A stretch of DNA of 64,000 nucleotides from Lama guanicoe. Its lineage: Eukaryota. Below, one piece after another: positions 1 through 12,080 of the stretch. The translations under genes were made by a program, and so were the position numbers. Numbering within the stretch: the stretch's first letter is position 1; each line of letters begins with the position of its first letter. The stretch spans positions 1,729,031 to 1,793,030 of the forward strand of contig MU053934.1 in the NCBI GenBank assembly GCA_013239625.1. The letters are read 5' to 3'. The notes below the pieces were generated by a model that searched no databases, was not told the origin of the DNA, and was given only the letters and a program-made list of their open reading frames with translations.

Positions 1-371
1 GAGCAAATTCTACCCACAGGCAGCCACTGCCATCAAACAGACTCAATTCCAGTGCAAATTCTGTCACTTCCTTGCCCAGGTGTCTTTAAGCCAGTTGGGT
101 CCCTCCCAGCCTCAGTTTTCCAGTTTACAAATGAGGCTCCTACTGCCACCTCCACATAGGGTGTGGCCTGGTTAAAATGGGTTCCTGTAGTTTCAGGGAC
201 CAACCCAGTGCCTGTAAGGAGTAGGGGGCTGCCTAAATGGTCCTTATTATGATTAATGTCTCTGGTCCACCCTGGTTGTTTCTTTTCTGGCTACACCCTC
301 AGCTTGGCCCAATCTAGTAGAATGATCATATCCTCCTGGTCGTCACTGCTCCCTGAAAAAAAAAGTCACCA

Positions 372-545
372 AGGGCTGCCCTGTAGGGTTGTACAGGTTG
401 CTCACTGCTCAAGGGCACTCAGCTAAGGAAATTTTGCTTGTGCTTTTCCCCTCGCAAATCTGTGAGCCTCAGAGAGGGACTGCCTTTGCCTGGAGGAGGT
501 CCCTTTTTCAAATCTGCATAAAAACTACATACACTAGAAAACCTC
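372..545 (+). mobile_element. MER91-like hAT-Tip100 DNA transposon fossil
   Basis: AGGGCTGCCCTGTAGGGTTGTACAGGTTGCTCACTGCTCAAGGGCAC ... CCTTTTTCAAATCTGCATAAA resembles the MER91 consensus (from memory); boundaries approximate. Confidence 0.5.
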
Positions 546-1006
546 AAGTTACTTTGTAGAGGGAGTCATCCCACTTAGAAGTATGGAATCAGATAGGGCC
601 TCAGAGAGGCTCTGACCCAATATCCTTGCTGCCAAGAAGAGAAAACTCGTCACTATTAATTCAGTCATTTGTTTATTGAAATTTTACTGGATATCTATGT
701 GACAAATACCATCTCTATGCTTGGCAAGAGGCAGAAGTGGTCAGATGAGGGCGAGGGCAGAGGGTGTGGCTGATGCAACTGTGTTCTTGCAGAACTTTGG
801 CCTGGAGGACACCCTTATGTCCTTGTAACTCCGCCTCCAGGGATGTTCAGCAAGGTCCTGTAATGCCAGGTGTGGTGCCAGTTTACACCCACCAGCTGTT
901 CTCTGCACTGACTGGCACCTGACTCCATGCCCCTGAACCAGCTGGGCTTGTGCAGCTAGTGACCCACTGACTTCTGCTGAAAGTTCAAGGCTGATTCATG
1001 GTCTAC

Positions 1007-1093
1007 TTTTTTTTAAATGGAGATACTGGGGATTGAACCTAGGCCCTTGTGCGTGCTAAGCATGTGCTCTACCACTGAGTTGTACCCTCTGCC
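1007..1093 (-). mobile_element. tRNA-Ala-derived short SINE (camelid Vic-1-like)
   Basis: Poly-T followed by TGGAGATACTGGGGATTGAACC...GCTCTACCACTGAG, the reverse complement of a tRNA-like body with A and B boxes; same family as the copies at 23787, 46828 and 56682. Confidence 0.85.
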
Positions 1094-1322
1094 CTCAAGG
1101 TCGATTCAAATTGGGACCCGAGACCCAGTTAGGGGCTGTGGAGACCTGGCTGGTGTGTTCAAGTAGGAAAGAGCACTGTGCTAGGAGTCAGACCTGGGCT
1201 CTGGATCTAGCCTGCCATTAACATGTGTTGAACTTGGACAAGCCACAAACCATCTCCTTGTCTGCAAAATCGGAAGTGTGAGCCATATGACATCTAAGGT
1301 TTTGCCAACTCTGACCTTCTGG

Positions 1323-1650
1323 TCAGTGGTTCCCAAACTTTGGCAGGGGAATTACCAGGAGGGCTGGTTCAAACCTGCCCTAGAGCTTCAGGCTCAGTGC
1401 TTCTGGGATGGGACTTGTATTTCTCACAAGTCCTGGATGGTGCTGATGCTCGGTCCAGGGACTCCACTCAGACGACCCCTGCTCTAGCAACCCTGGCTGC
1501 ACGTAAGAATCACTTGGGAGAGCTTTACACGGTGTGGATATCAGGCCCAAACCCAGAGCAATTAAATCAGCGCCTCTTAGTGGGAGCCTGGGCTTTGTTA
1601 TTGTTTAAAATCTCCTCAGGGCGATTACCAGGGATGGGAGCCACTGTTCT
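1323..1650. mobile_element. Two abutting MER5-type (hAT-Charlie) fossils
   Basis: Starts CAGTGGTTCCCAAACTT and ends GAGCCACTG; internal GAATCACTTGGGAGAGCTT and AATTAAATCAG are typical of MER5A/B. Confidence 0.6.
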
Positions 1651-4279
1651 AGGAAAGTGGCCAGGGATGCAAGTGCACATTGATTGGGCCAATGCCTGAT
1701 TTCCCTCTGGAGAAATGTCTCTCGGATCCCAACTCAGCCCCCCATGAGCCTCAGTTTCCCCTCCTGTAAGTGGTGCTATTAGGACTAAAATGAAACTGCC
1801 TCGCCGTGCCTGCCCCCCACCTTCCTCTCGTCTCCAAGGAGAGCTTGTACATTTCTTCTGCTCTGAGGCTGTTCAGCTGAGCACAATTCAATAAGCATTT
1901 ATTAAAAACTCACAATGTGCAAGATGCTGTCCTTAATGATGAGGGAATACAAAGATGAATCAGGCTCGGTCCTCTCTCCGAGGAGCTCACATGCAAGTGG
2001 GGGTGATGAGGCATGTGTCCAAAACGTGAAGCAGGATTTCTCAGAGGCTATAGCGGAAGTCCTCATGATGAAGGCCACTGTATGCAAGGTCCCCCAGTGT
2101 GAGACCCTTTATACATCTTATAATGTTCCCAACAAGCCATGAGGTAGCTACTTTTGCAACATCCACTTTACAGATGAAGAAAAAGGCTTAAAAGGCTGGT
2201 CAGTTACCCACAGTGCAAGAGCCAGCTTTTTTTTTTTTTTCCACTACAGGAGTCCCAGAGGAGGATGAGATTCTCACCATTAGAAAGTTGAGGAGGCTTT
2301 GTGGGGAGAGGTGTGGATATTATGTTTTGAAGGTGTATAGAAGTACAAGGGGTAGTTTAGGGGAGAAGTTTTCCCGAATAGAGGAATCAGCACACACAAA
2401 GGCGTGGAGGAGAGAAACCCCAGTTTCTTTAGGAACCCAGAAGTGGTTTGATTTTGCTGAAATGCAGGCTGATGGTGGGGCTTGGTGGGAATCAGAACCT
2501 GGTTGGAGGCCTTGCTGAATATACTTGGGCTAAGCAGTTTAGATTTTATAACTGAAGCAATGGGGAGCTATTGAAAATTTTTGAGCAGGAGGTGGCATTT
2601 TTAGAAAAAGATGAAAGTGGTTACGGGTTATGGGAGAGGAGGGTGACAGAGAGCCCAGTAAGGAAGGAGATGGCTACAAGAAATGGTTCACATGAGATGG
2701 TGGAGTAAAGGGGGGGGGGAAGGCCAGGGAAACGAGCACTCGTGGGAGGTGCGCTGTCACCACGTGAAGCTTCTTCGGGCATCAATCAGTCCCTGATGCG
2801 CACCTGCTTATTGACTGAGCCACTCTGTGCAGGGGAGGGGGTGGCAGGTGGTTCTCCTGGGGCCCCGCAGCTCCCCATACAGCTCCCCTCAATATGGGGA
2901 TATGGCCAGTGGAGCATGACCCATTCAGGGTACAGAACGCAGCTGAAGCAGCAGATAATGGGTCCCTGGACCAGCTCAGAGCTGGCCGCCTGCCATGTTT
3001 CCAGGGTAGGGGAGGAGGAAATGGCCCAGTGGCCTAAGTCCTCCTGACCCCAGCTTTCCAGGTGAAGCGTACCACCCCGCCCGTCTCCCACTGCCAAGTT
3101 CACAGCCAGCTCAAGGCTCACAGACTCTGTGCATCAAGCTGAACACAAACCCTCCTGGGCTGAAGCCAGTTCCTAGAAGCAAAGTCTGGATGAAGAAAGA
3201 GCCCTGGGCTGGGATCCTGCCACTCGCCTGCTGGCTGGGTGACCTTGAGCACATCCCTTAAGACTTTCCAAAGCCTAGATTCCACATCTTCCCATTAGGG
3301 GATTAATCACCATCCAGTAGTGCAAGTGTTGAGTCCTCCAACCTCCACCTCCACCTGCCCCATCTTTTCTAGTTAACTTCCCTGGAAAATCTCAAGAGCA
3401 CTCAGGGACCAGCAGAGCAAACCACTTCCTGCAATCAAAGTCCAAGACCATCTTAACACTTTCGTCACTCGGTGGACCTAGCATATCATACCCATTTTCT
3501 AGATGACACAATCAGGGCCTGGAGAACTTCCATGACTGGCCTGGGGTCAAATATATGAGCCATTTCAGAGGCAGGACTTGAACACCAATCTCTCACCCAG
3601 TGGGGCTGGACCCTCAGGTTAGTGGCCCCCAGACCCCCTCTGCCTATCATGAGGTGGGAGGATAGGTCTGGTGGCAGGACCTGGACTGGCGGACATGCCC
3701 CAGGCCCAGGGTTCTGGAAGTGAGGGCCAGTTCCCTGGCTGATACAAAATGTGGTTTGACAGACACAGTATTGCATCCCTTCTCTGCCCCTGCACGGCAT
3801 TGCACAGTGAGAACATTCTCTTTTCGGCCTCCTGGTAACACTGGAGAAAGTCTCTGTTGGAGGCTAACAGGTCTTTAACACCTCTCCAGACATGTCCATC
3901 TCCCTTTTCCACGGAGGGTACATGTCAACATTGGCAGGCCAGTTTCCTTCTAGAATTTTTCTCTAACCTTGGTTTGTTTTCATTGTGCTTATTTTTGCTC
4001 TTACCTTCTATTTAAGGCAAGTGATGCTGGTTTCCCATTAAAGGCAGTGATACAACAATTCTCCAAAAAAAAAAAACCTGTTGGGGGTGGGGAGAAGTGG
4101 GTCATGAAGTTCAAGAAAATACTAAGCGGTGTCTAGCTACGGCAGAGAAAGAATGACTGATGTCTGCCCCCGTTCAAGGCGAGGAGAATGGAGCTGAGAG
4201 GCGATTCCCAAGGGCAGCTGGTATGTGCCCAGCAGGGCTCTCTCTACAGTGCTCCCCCAGACCTTCATGCCACGCAGAC

Positions 4280-5839
4280 CTCCATTCAGGCGCGCTTAGG
4301 CCAAGGTGACTCCACCGCCCCTCCTGGCCGCACGTGAGCCGCCCATGTGTCATCTGGCGGGGCCCCGCGGGCCCCAAGACCTCGGGAGGGAGGCGGCGGC
4401 TGGGGTGGGGAGGCCAGGAGCCCATAGGGTCCCTGAGGACTTTGGCGAAGGAGAAGGGCGCGGGAGTCGTGGCGCTTCTGGGGTTCCCGGCGGACTGGCA
4501 TCGGGACCCCCGCGGGTCACCTGCGGCCGGGGCGGTGTGCGTGTGAGTGTGTGCGCAGACGTCAGCCTCCAGAGCCCGTGCCGTCTTCCGCTCACGGCGC
4601 GCGCGTCCCGCGCCCCGGCCGCCCCCCCCCAACCAGCGCCTCGGCCCCACGCGCCCGGGCACGCGGAGCGCCAGACTGCGGCGCCCAGGCAGCCACGGGC
4701 GGGGAGGACGGGGGCGGGGTCAGGCCGAGGAGTCCGCCGCCATTGGCGGAGAGCAGCGCCGGGGGAGGGGCGCCGGGCGAAGGCGGGTGAGCGGGCTCCC
4801 GCAGGCAGAGGCGGGCGCCGGGCGGCGGGACGCGCTGCTCGCGGGGTGCGGAGCGGGCGGGTGGGCGCCGTGCGACGGGTCCACGGAGGGCCGCTCGCAG
4901 GGGCGGCATAGGGCTCCCAGGCCTGAGCTGGGCTTCTGTCGCGGGGACCGCCACCAGGAGCCTGGGCTCCGATCACTTTTCGGAGGGACTACTGACCTCG
5001 CCCTGCGGGAGGAAGAGGGGCGTCCGCCTCCAGGAGAGGGAAGGAGAGAGGAGCCAAGGCCCCGAGCAAAGTTCGCCTCCTTTGGGGGCCAGAGGGGGTG
5101 AAGTGGGAGGAGGAGCCAGTTTAAGACTAACTCGGAGTTGGGAAATCTTGAGACGGCGTTCAAGGCCCCCTCCCAGCAGCTGAGCTCCTCCTTCAGCTGT
5201 TGGCGTCGCCTCGAAGGGAGAAAGGAGCCGTCCCTCCGGGCGGGGAGAGCTGCATAGCTGCGGGCAGAGGAGGAGGCCGTGGCCGAGCCGGGCAGGCATC
5301 CCCCACCCGAGCGATCCCCTTTGGGGCGGGCGGAGCAGGTGGCATAGGCGGCCAAGATAGGTTCGCCCACCCGGGACACCCACATACGCACGCACCCGCA
5401 ATCACTTCCAAAGGACCCGCCAGGATTCTTTAAGGACCCGGGGTCGCCCCTTCTGCCCTCTCCCCCCAGCCCCGGAGCCCCAGTCAGGGACCCCGGGATC
5501 GGACGTCCCCACGCCTCCGGGCACCTGGCTCAGCAGGAGGCCCCCGGGTCGGGGCAGGGCAGGGCCGGCGGCGGCGAGCCGGAGCCCGCCCGGCGCCCGG
5601 ACCCCGCCAAGCCCTCGGAACCCACTCATGGGGCACCAGCTCCCCGTGTCCCCTCGCCCGGCCGCTCCCAGCCCGGCGCCCCGAGCTGCGCAGAGGAGGA
5701 GCCCGGCGCAGTGACCCAGGAGCCGCCGCAGACTCTGGAAGGCTCGGCGGCAGCCGGAGAGGCCGGCGGTTCCCCGCACCTCCAGGCTCTTCCAGGCATC
5801 CCTCCCAGTCGCGCCAGAGGTCCGGGCCGCCATTCCCAG
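4280..5839. promoter_or_regulatory. RASD2: CpG island / RASD2 promoter
   Basis: Very GC-rich with abundant CpG compared with the flanks; E-box CACGTG 4331-4336, CRE-like TGACGTCT (minus strand) 4557-4564, several GGGCGG boxes, inverted CCAAT (ATTGG 4742-4746); lies 5 kb upstream of the first RASD2 coding exon. Confidence 0.85.
5200..5839 (+). other. RASD2: Probable non-coding exon 1 of RASD2 (3' end supported; start coordinate is a guess)
   Basis: Donor CAG|GTAGGA at 5839/5840 coincides with the edge of the CpG island; exon 2 has only 9 nt before the ATG, so an upstream exon is required. Confidence 0.6.
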
Positions 5840-8022
5840 GTAGGAGAGAGACACCCCAACAGAACTGGGGAGCTGAGTGAAGTGGGGAAGTCGGGAAGAA
5901 AGGTTTGAGCCTTGTCAGAGGAAGGGTGGGTGAAGCTTTACATGAGTAGGGAAAGTTAAACTCATTGAACGCCTACTGTGTGCCAGGATCATCCAGCCAC
6001 TTCCCATATCTAGAGAAAATGGAATTAGTTGAGCACCTACTATGTGTCAGGCTGGGTGCTTATCTCAGGAAAGAAAGACTGACTGAGTTTCTACTATGTG
6101 CTCGATTTGATGCTAGAAGAGATCTGGAGTAACAGCCTGTTTGAAGGTAAGGAAACTGAGGCTCAGAGAGGAAGGGGTGCTTCCCTTCCCCAAACACGTT
6201 CACTTGCCTTCCTGAGCCAGCTGCAGCCTTCAAACCTGGAAGGGGATAGGGGGAGGGCTGGGCTGGGGCCAGTTGGTGGCCCCCAGCCTTGGTGAGAACC
6301 TCCTATGTGGAGAGAAGATTAAGGAATGCCTTCCTTGTCCAGGGTTCCTTTTTTTTCTGGGTTGGTGCAAGGAGTGAGTTTCCTGGGCGATTCCTTTCCC
6401 AAGAAGGGTCTCCTGTACTCAGCTGATCAGAGGCTCCCAAGCGCCTCTGCAAGGCTCTCTCTAACTGCTCTTACCCTTGCTCCCAGCCTTGGGAGGATGA
6501 CAGTATTGTCCAGGACGTCGTGGGAGGTAGGAGGCTGGGCTGGGAAGGGGCAGCCTTCCTGAGGGGCTCCTGAGCCAGGCTTCCCCTGGCATCAGAGAGA
6601 CAAGATGGGGTTCCCCCAAAGACCTCTGCCTGCGCTCCCTCCCCACCTGACTGCTCCAAGCAGCCCCTTGACTGGCCAGAGGAAGTGCCACAAAGAAAGG
6701 AACCTGCTTGCTGTGTGCCAGGAGCTGTGTTGGCCTCTTGGCTTCTCACTGAACTCTCAGGGCCACGCTGTGGGTGTGTTTCCACCATTTGCTGGATGAC
6801 CAGACCTACTAGGCCCAGTCATTTGCCCAGGATTTCTGGGCTGGTGAGAGGCAGAGCTGGTCTGCTGGAAGCTGGTGCACACCTGCTTTCTACCAGCCTG
6901 AGGTGTCAGGGGTGGTGAGATGGGCTTTGCAAATCCCCCAGGACGCCCTCAGTGTGGGCATGGAGGCCAGTGAATCCATGTTTGTCCAGAGAGGCTGGGA
7001 TATGCGCTGATGGAGGAGGCTTGGGGTGTGTGGGAGGGAGGGAGTAGGGCGGGAGGGTTTGGAGGTACCCACTAGGAAGGGGATGTGTCCAGACTCTCAT
7101 CCTGCTGTCCTTGCCCCATCTTCTAGGCAGGCCCTGGGAGAGGGGTTCCACGGAGAAGAAGGGGATGAACCCACAGATGCGTTTGCTGGGAGCTGGCTGG
7201 GCAGGGTTTAGGGGAGTCCTGGGCAGGGTGCCTGCCCCCAGCTGTCTGTAGCAAGAGAAAAAGGGAATTAGAAAAGGCCTCTGGGGTCATTTCCCTGCCT
7301 GACGCCAGCTGAGGCTTCACTGAGTCAGACACTCTTTTGAAAAGGACTGATTTTGGCCAGAGGGTGGGTTTTTTATAAAGGTAAGAGCCCAGACTTTGGA
7401 GCCAATGGCCTGATTCTAATTCTAGCCCGGCCAGTCATCTGTGTGAACTGGGGCAAGTGACTCAGCCTCTCCCACCTCAGTGTCTCCATCGGTCCAGTGG
7501 GTCGATGGTGGTCGCCACTAGGTGCCCAGCAGGATGGAAGCCTGCCTGGCTGTGGCGACCATTCCCCCAGCATGGCTCCCACCCATCCCTGCTCCAGGCC
7601 ATTCTGCCTCCCAGGTGCCCTTAGAATGACATTGGGGTGAGGTCAACAGAGAGTCACAGAACTTGCATTTGGGTACCCGTGCTGCTAGTGGTCCCCACTA
7701 CACTCTCTGGGCCTCCAGGGGGGACTCTGTATTTTCAGAGGAAACATTGAACTCTGACTCTTGCCTGTTCCTCAGTGTGTAGGGTCAGCCTGGCCAAGGA
7801 TGGAGAGAGGGGAGCGGGCGGGGGAGGAGGAAAAAGCTGTGCCCACAGCGCTGCCCAGGTGCCTCCTCCCGGGGAAGAGAAGGAAGAAGGATGTGGGGGG
7901 TGGGAGGTGGAGCCACAGAGGTGCTGTCATCTGATGTCCAGGTGTATGGGTGCTTCACACAGCCCCACGTGGCTGGCACCATGTGAAGGCTCTTCAGTCT
8001 TCTCTCAGAAAGGAAAGCCACA

Positions 8023-8033
8023 GGTTTTTTTTG

Positions 8034-8064
<31 letters not shown>
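8023..8064. repeat. (GTTTT)n microsatellite in RASD2 intron 1
   Basis: Direct reading of the sequence. Confidence 0.9.
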
Positions 8065-8067
<3 letters not shown>

Positions 8068-10793
8068 TCCTTCTTTGCTCCTTTCTGACTCCCAGCCTCC
8101 TCTCTCTGATTCCCTGCCTCCTCTCTCTGACTTCCTCAGGCCCACTCCATCGCTGGTATTAGCACATCTGTACCAGGAGCCCTGGGCTAGAGGCTGGGGC
8201 AGGTGGTGATGGACACACTGTCCCTGGGGGCTGCTGACCCTTTTCACTCTGTGTGTAGCCAGAGGTGACCACTGGCAGAGTCAAGCTCCCTGCAGAGTGA
8301 CTTGGGGAGGGGGCTGTCCTGGTGTGGGGCCTCTTTCCTTCCATCTCCATTGAAGGCCCAGGCTGGCTCACCCTGCCCCAGAAGGAGACTGAGATGGATT
8401 CACTGCAGTTGGCTGGCAGCCTCCTCTCCCTCCCCAAGGTGTGCTCAGGGCACCAAGACCTTCCTTAGTGCAGCCCCTGGGCCAGCTAGGCAGAGTAGGG
8501 GTGGACGGAGAAAGCCTCAGAAAGAGGCTTTGGATGTGCTCCCAAGACAGAGCTGTTTGATTCATTTATTCACAGATCACTTATTGAGCACCTGCTGTGT
8601 GCATGGCACTGATATCCTGTGGGAGAAATTCAGAGACAGCTTCAGGCATGAATTGAGTAGGAGATGTAGGGGTGGTGGGCTTAAGGTCATCATCCTGGCT
8701 CCCTTATTAACTAAGTGGGCCAGTCATGTAGACTTTTAAGTATCAGGGTCTGTTTTTGTGAAACAGGGAAGGGAACTGGCCCTTCATGGGGAGGCGGTGA
8801 GGAGACTCCATGGCGCAGGGCAGAATCCCGTCTTTGCTGGTTCCTGGCTGTATAACTAGGAGCAAGTTACGAAACTTCTCTGTGCTTCAATTTCCTCATC
8901 TATAAATTGGGGTAACCACCTACCTTCTGGGGTTACTGAGGGATGAAGCGGGTGAATGCATGTTCAGCACTTGGAGCACTCAGCATATATTAACCGCAGA
9001 ACAAATGTCAGCCATTATTATTGTTCTAAGCTTAGCACAGTGCTTGGCACACTGTGGAGCTCGCTGAATGTTGATCGCTGTCATGGCTCCAGGCCTGGGT
9101 CGGCGGTGTGCTGAGCAGGCTTATTGTGTACGTCCCTTTGCAGTTCGTTCATTGAGAGCATACTGGTAGGTTCCTGTCGGCCGTGGTAGGATTCTTATGC
9201 CATGGAAATTGACAAGTGCTACCAATCAGAGGTTTTAAAAAAGGGTGTTTTGAGAACCGATTTACTACATGGTGGCTCTCAGTCGGGCAAGGCAAGCGGA
9301 CACAGGTGCCTGACTGCCATGAACAGGTCGGGTGCCAGAAATCTCCACCTCAAGTCTCCTAGCCATGGTGGACGTACACATTTATAATGCTGGAGAGTAC
9401 CTTGGGGTAAATGAATGAAGCACTCTGGGCTACTGTACTGACCTGGGATATTCAGGGGTGGGGACCAGTCAGAGTGACCGTGTACAAACCTCAGTGCAAA
9501 TTGAGAATAGATGCCTTCTCTGAGCAAATGAACTCCAAAAAGACAGTCTCCACTTTCCCACCCAGCTGGGGGCTTGTGCAGTGCCCAACCTGCACCACTG
9601 TGCATGGCAGCCTGCTGAGGACAGAGGAGATGGGCATTTCAGCAGGCCTGTACGCACTGTAGTGCCTCTTCTCTAGGGATGGGAGGGATTCCTGCTGGGT
9701 GGGATGGGAGGTAGAGAAGCCTGCAGAGACGAGGTGGCATTTGAGCCAGATCCTGACAAAGGAAAGAGGGTGTTCTGGGGGGGGGGGACTAGCCTGAGCT
9801 GAGGGGTGGAGGCAGGACTCAGAAGAGCGCAAACTCACTTGGGGTTCTGGGGGGATTCTGGCGGGTGCTGAGTTAGGAAAGGAGGGGGCTGGCTGGGCTG
9901 TGAATGGCCTGTGGATGGGCATGATGGACCCCCTGGAGGTTACTTATCTCTAATTAGGTTTCAGAGCTTGGATCTATTTCAGCCTCTCCCACAAGGCCAA
10001 GAGGCTCCCGCAGAAAGTTCTGACTATGCCACATAAACTCTTGGAGCTGTGAGGGACCCGAGTCATTCATGGGTCATTTCTCTGACCCACATGCCCTAGT
10101 CTAGGCCTCTGGGTCTCCTGGAGGTGGGCAACCTCCCAGGGGCTGGGGGGCAAAAATCGCTGGGCAGCCCAGGCCCTGGGCATGGAGGATGTGGTCTGGA
10201 CCTGCCTTTTCCTTCTTCCTGGGAAGGCTGAGAGGCCATGGTACCTGCGTGCTTAAAAAAAATGCTCTCTAGAGCCTTCCCCATACTGTGTCCTGAAACC
10301 ACAGGCTCCAGGGAAGTCAGAATTGCACAGGATAGATGGTCCAGGCAGAGAACAGATTCTTACAAGAGTTCACATCTTTGAGGTCTTGCCATGTGCTGAG
10401 CCCTTTACAACAGCCCCATGAGTTGAGTCCATTTTCTAGATGAGAAAAGTGTTTCCCAGGGAAGTTCCTTACCCAAGAGCAGTAGTGAGTTAGTGGTAAA
10501 GTGAGGATTCAAGCCCCAGCAGTCCTGTGCTAGAATAAATAAGCGGGTGGATGAACCCACGGGTGAGTGAGTGAGTAGGTGGATGAATGAAGGAGGAAAG
10601 AAACAAGAGAGGGATGAGCAGGCAGAACTCCAAGACCCTTAGAGAGACCCCAGTCCAGCATTCTCATTGTACACACAGAAAACTAAGACCAGACAGGAGG
10701 CCACAGGGGAGGCCAAGGCCTCCAGCCAGAGTGGCAGGCCCGGCCCCAGGCCTCCTGACGCCTGCTCCCTGCTCCCTGCCACAGCCCCGAGCC

Positions 10794-11064
10794 ATGATGA
10801 AGACCTTGTCCAGTGGGAACTGCACGATCAGCGTGCCCGCCAAGAACTCGTACCGCATGGTGGTGCTGGGCGCCTCGCGGGTGGGCAAGAGCTCCATCGT
10901 GTCTCGCTTCCTCAATGGCCGCTTTGAGGACCAGTACACACCCACCATCGAGGACTTCCACCGGAAAGTCTACAATATCCGCGGCGACATGTACCAGCTG
11001 GACATCCTGGACACGTCTGGCAACCACCCCTTCCCCGCCATGCGCAGGCTGTCCATCCTCACAG
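10794..11064 (+). CDS. RASD2: RASD2 (Rhes, GTP-binding protein) coding exon A (exon 2; exon starts at 10785)
   Basis: MMKTLSSGNCTISVPAKNSYRMVVL-GASRVGKS (G1), YTPTIED (G2), DTSG (G3); acceptor CAG| at 10784, start context GCCATG, donor CAG|GTGGGT at 11064/11065; 271 coding nt, phase 1. Confidence 0.98.
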
Positions 11065-11529
11065 GTGGGTGCCTGGGGTGGGCACGGGTGCTGAGGATGT
11101 GAGCGTGTGTGCTCGGCACTTTACAGTCGCCAGAACTCTTGTCTGTCTGAGATGAAGGTCACAGGGCTCCTTGCATCGTGAGGGTCAGAGAGGTGCTGCT
11201 GCTTACCAAGCAAAGGGTGGAGCCAAGGCCCAAACTCCATTCCGACTGACTCTGGATCGATTACTCATGGCTGCTCGAGCTGCCTTCCAGATCAGGGAAC
11301 TGATACGACCTGCACTGGGGCTCTACCTCCCCAGGGAACACAGGGGCTGCCGCCTTCCTCTTGCGGGAGGTGACCCAGCAGAGCTCTGGGGCCCGTGGTC
11401 GGTCTACTGAGCTCAGACCTATTGACATTGCAGGCCTTTGCCACCTCTCAGAGAGGCAGAGGCAGTGGTCAGCCAAAGGGGCCAGTCGGGCCGCTGCTCA
11501 TGCCAGGGACTCGGTCATAATCGCAGTAA

Positions 11530-12080
11530 CGACCGTGGTGATAGCAAGCACTTATCCAGAACTGCGTACCTGGGCCCATTCTTCGGGCTTGGCATGTGTC
11601 TATTTAATCCTCACAGCTAACCTAAGAGATAGGTGTTTGTCTCCATTTCACAAGTGGGGAAACTGAAGCCCAGAGAGGTTGAGGTGCTCCAGGTGGTAAC
11701 ACAGCAGGTAAATGGCAGTCTGGCTCATGCTTTACCGCTGAGCTATCTGTAGCCTCTGAGCCCTGCTGGGAGTGGTGGGGAGGGAGAGCGAGGTTGTGGG
11801 AGGTTAAGGGGGCAGGGGGAGATGTGGGGCTGGGCAGGTTTGTGTGGTGGCTCAGAGGGCAGGCTCAGAAACCGGTCTGCCTGGGCCCAAATCCTGGTTC
11901 TGGTGCTTCCAGATTTTGTACCTCTGAGCAAGTGACTTGATCTCTTTGTGCCTCGCTGTTCTCATCTGTGAATTGGCATCATATTAGCACCCATCCCAAA
12001 GGTCTTTGTGAGCATTAAATGAGTGAAGATATGAAAAATGCTTGGTGAGCAGAAGGTATGTGCTCAATGAATATTGGCCT
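11530..12080. mobile_element. Two MIR SINEs in opposite orientation in RASD2 intron 2
   Basis: Minus-strand MIR core (GGAAACTGAAGCCCAGAGAGGTT) at about 11530-11750; plus-strand MIR core (GCAAGTGACTTGATCTCTTTGTGCCTC...CTCATCTGTGAA) at about 11855-12080. Confidence 0.7.

Noticed and set aside
4174..5859. Many long ORFs (up to 223 aa) on both strands of the CpG island
   Set aside because: Arg/Gly/Pro/Ala-rich, overlapping in all frames and without domains, as expected from stop-codon scarcity in very GC-rich DNA
7514..7530. Partial CTCF-like motif GCCACTAGGTGCCC in RASD2 intron 1
   Set aside because: It lacks the GGC at the end of the core; too weak to call without ChIP data
10587..10793. 69-residue in-frame extension upstream of the RASD2 ATG in the ORF track
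   Set aside because: It crosses a clear branch point/polypyrimidine/AG acceptor (10754-10784) and starts in repeat-like intronic sequence, so it is intronic unless the intron end is retained
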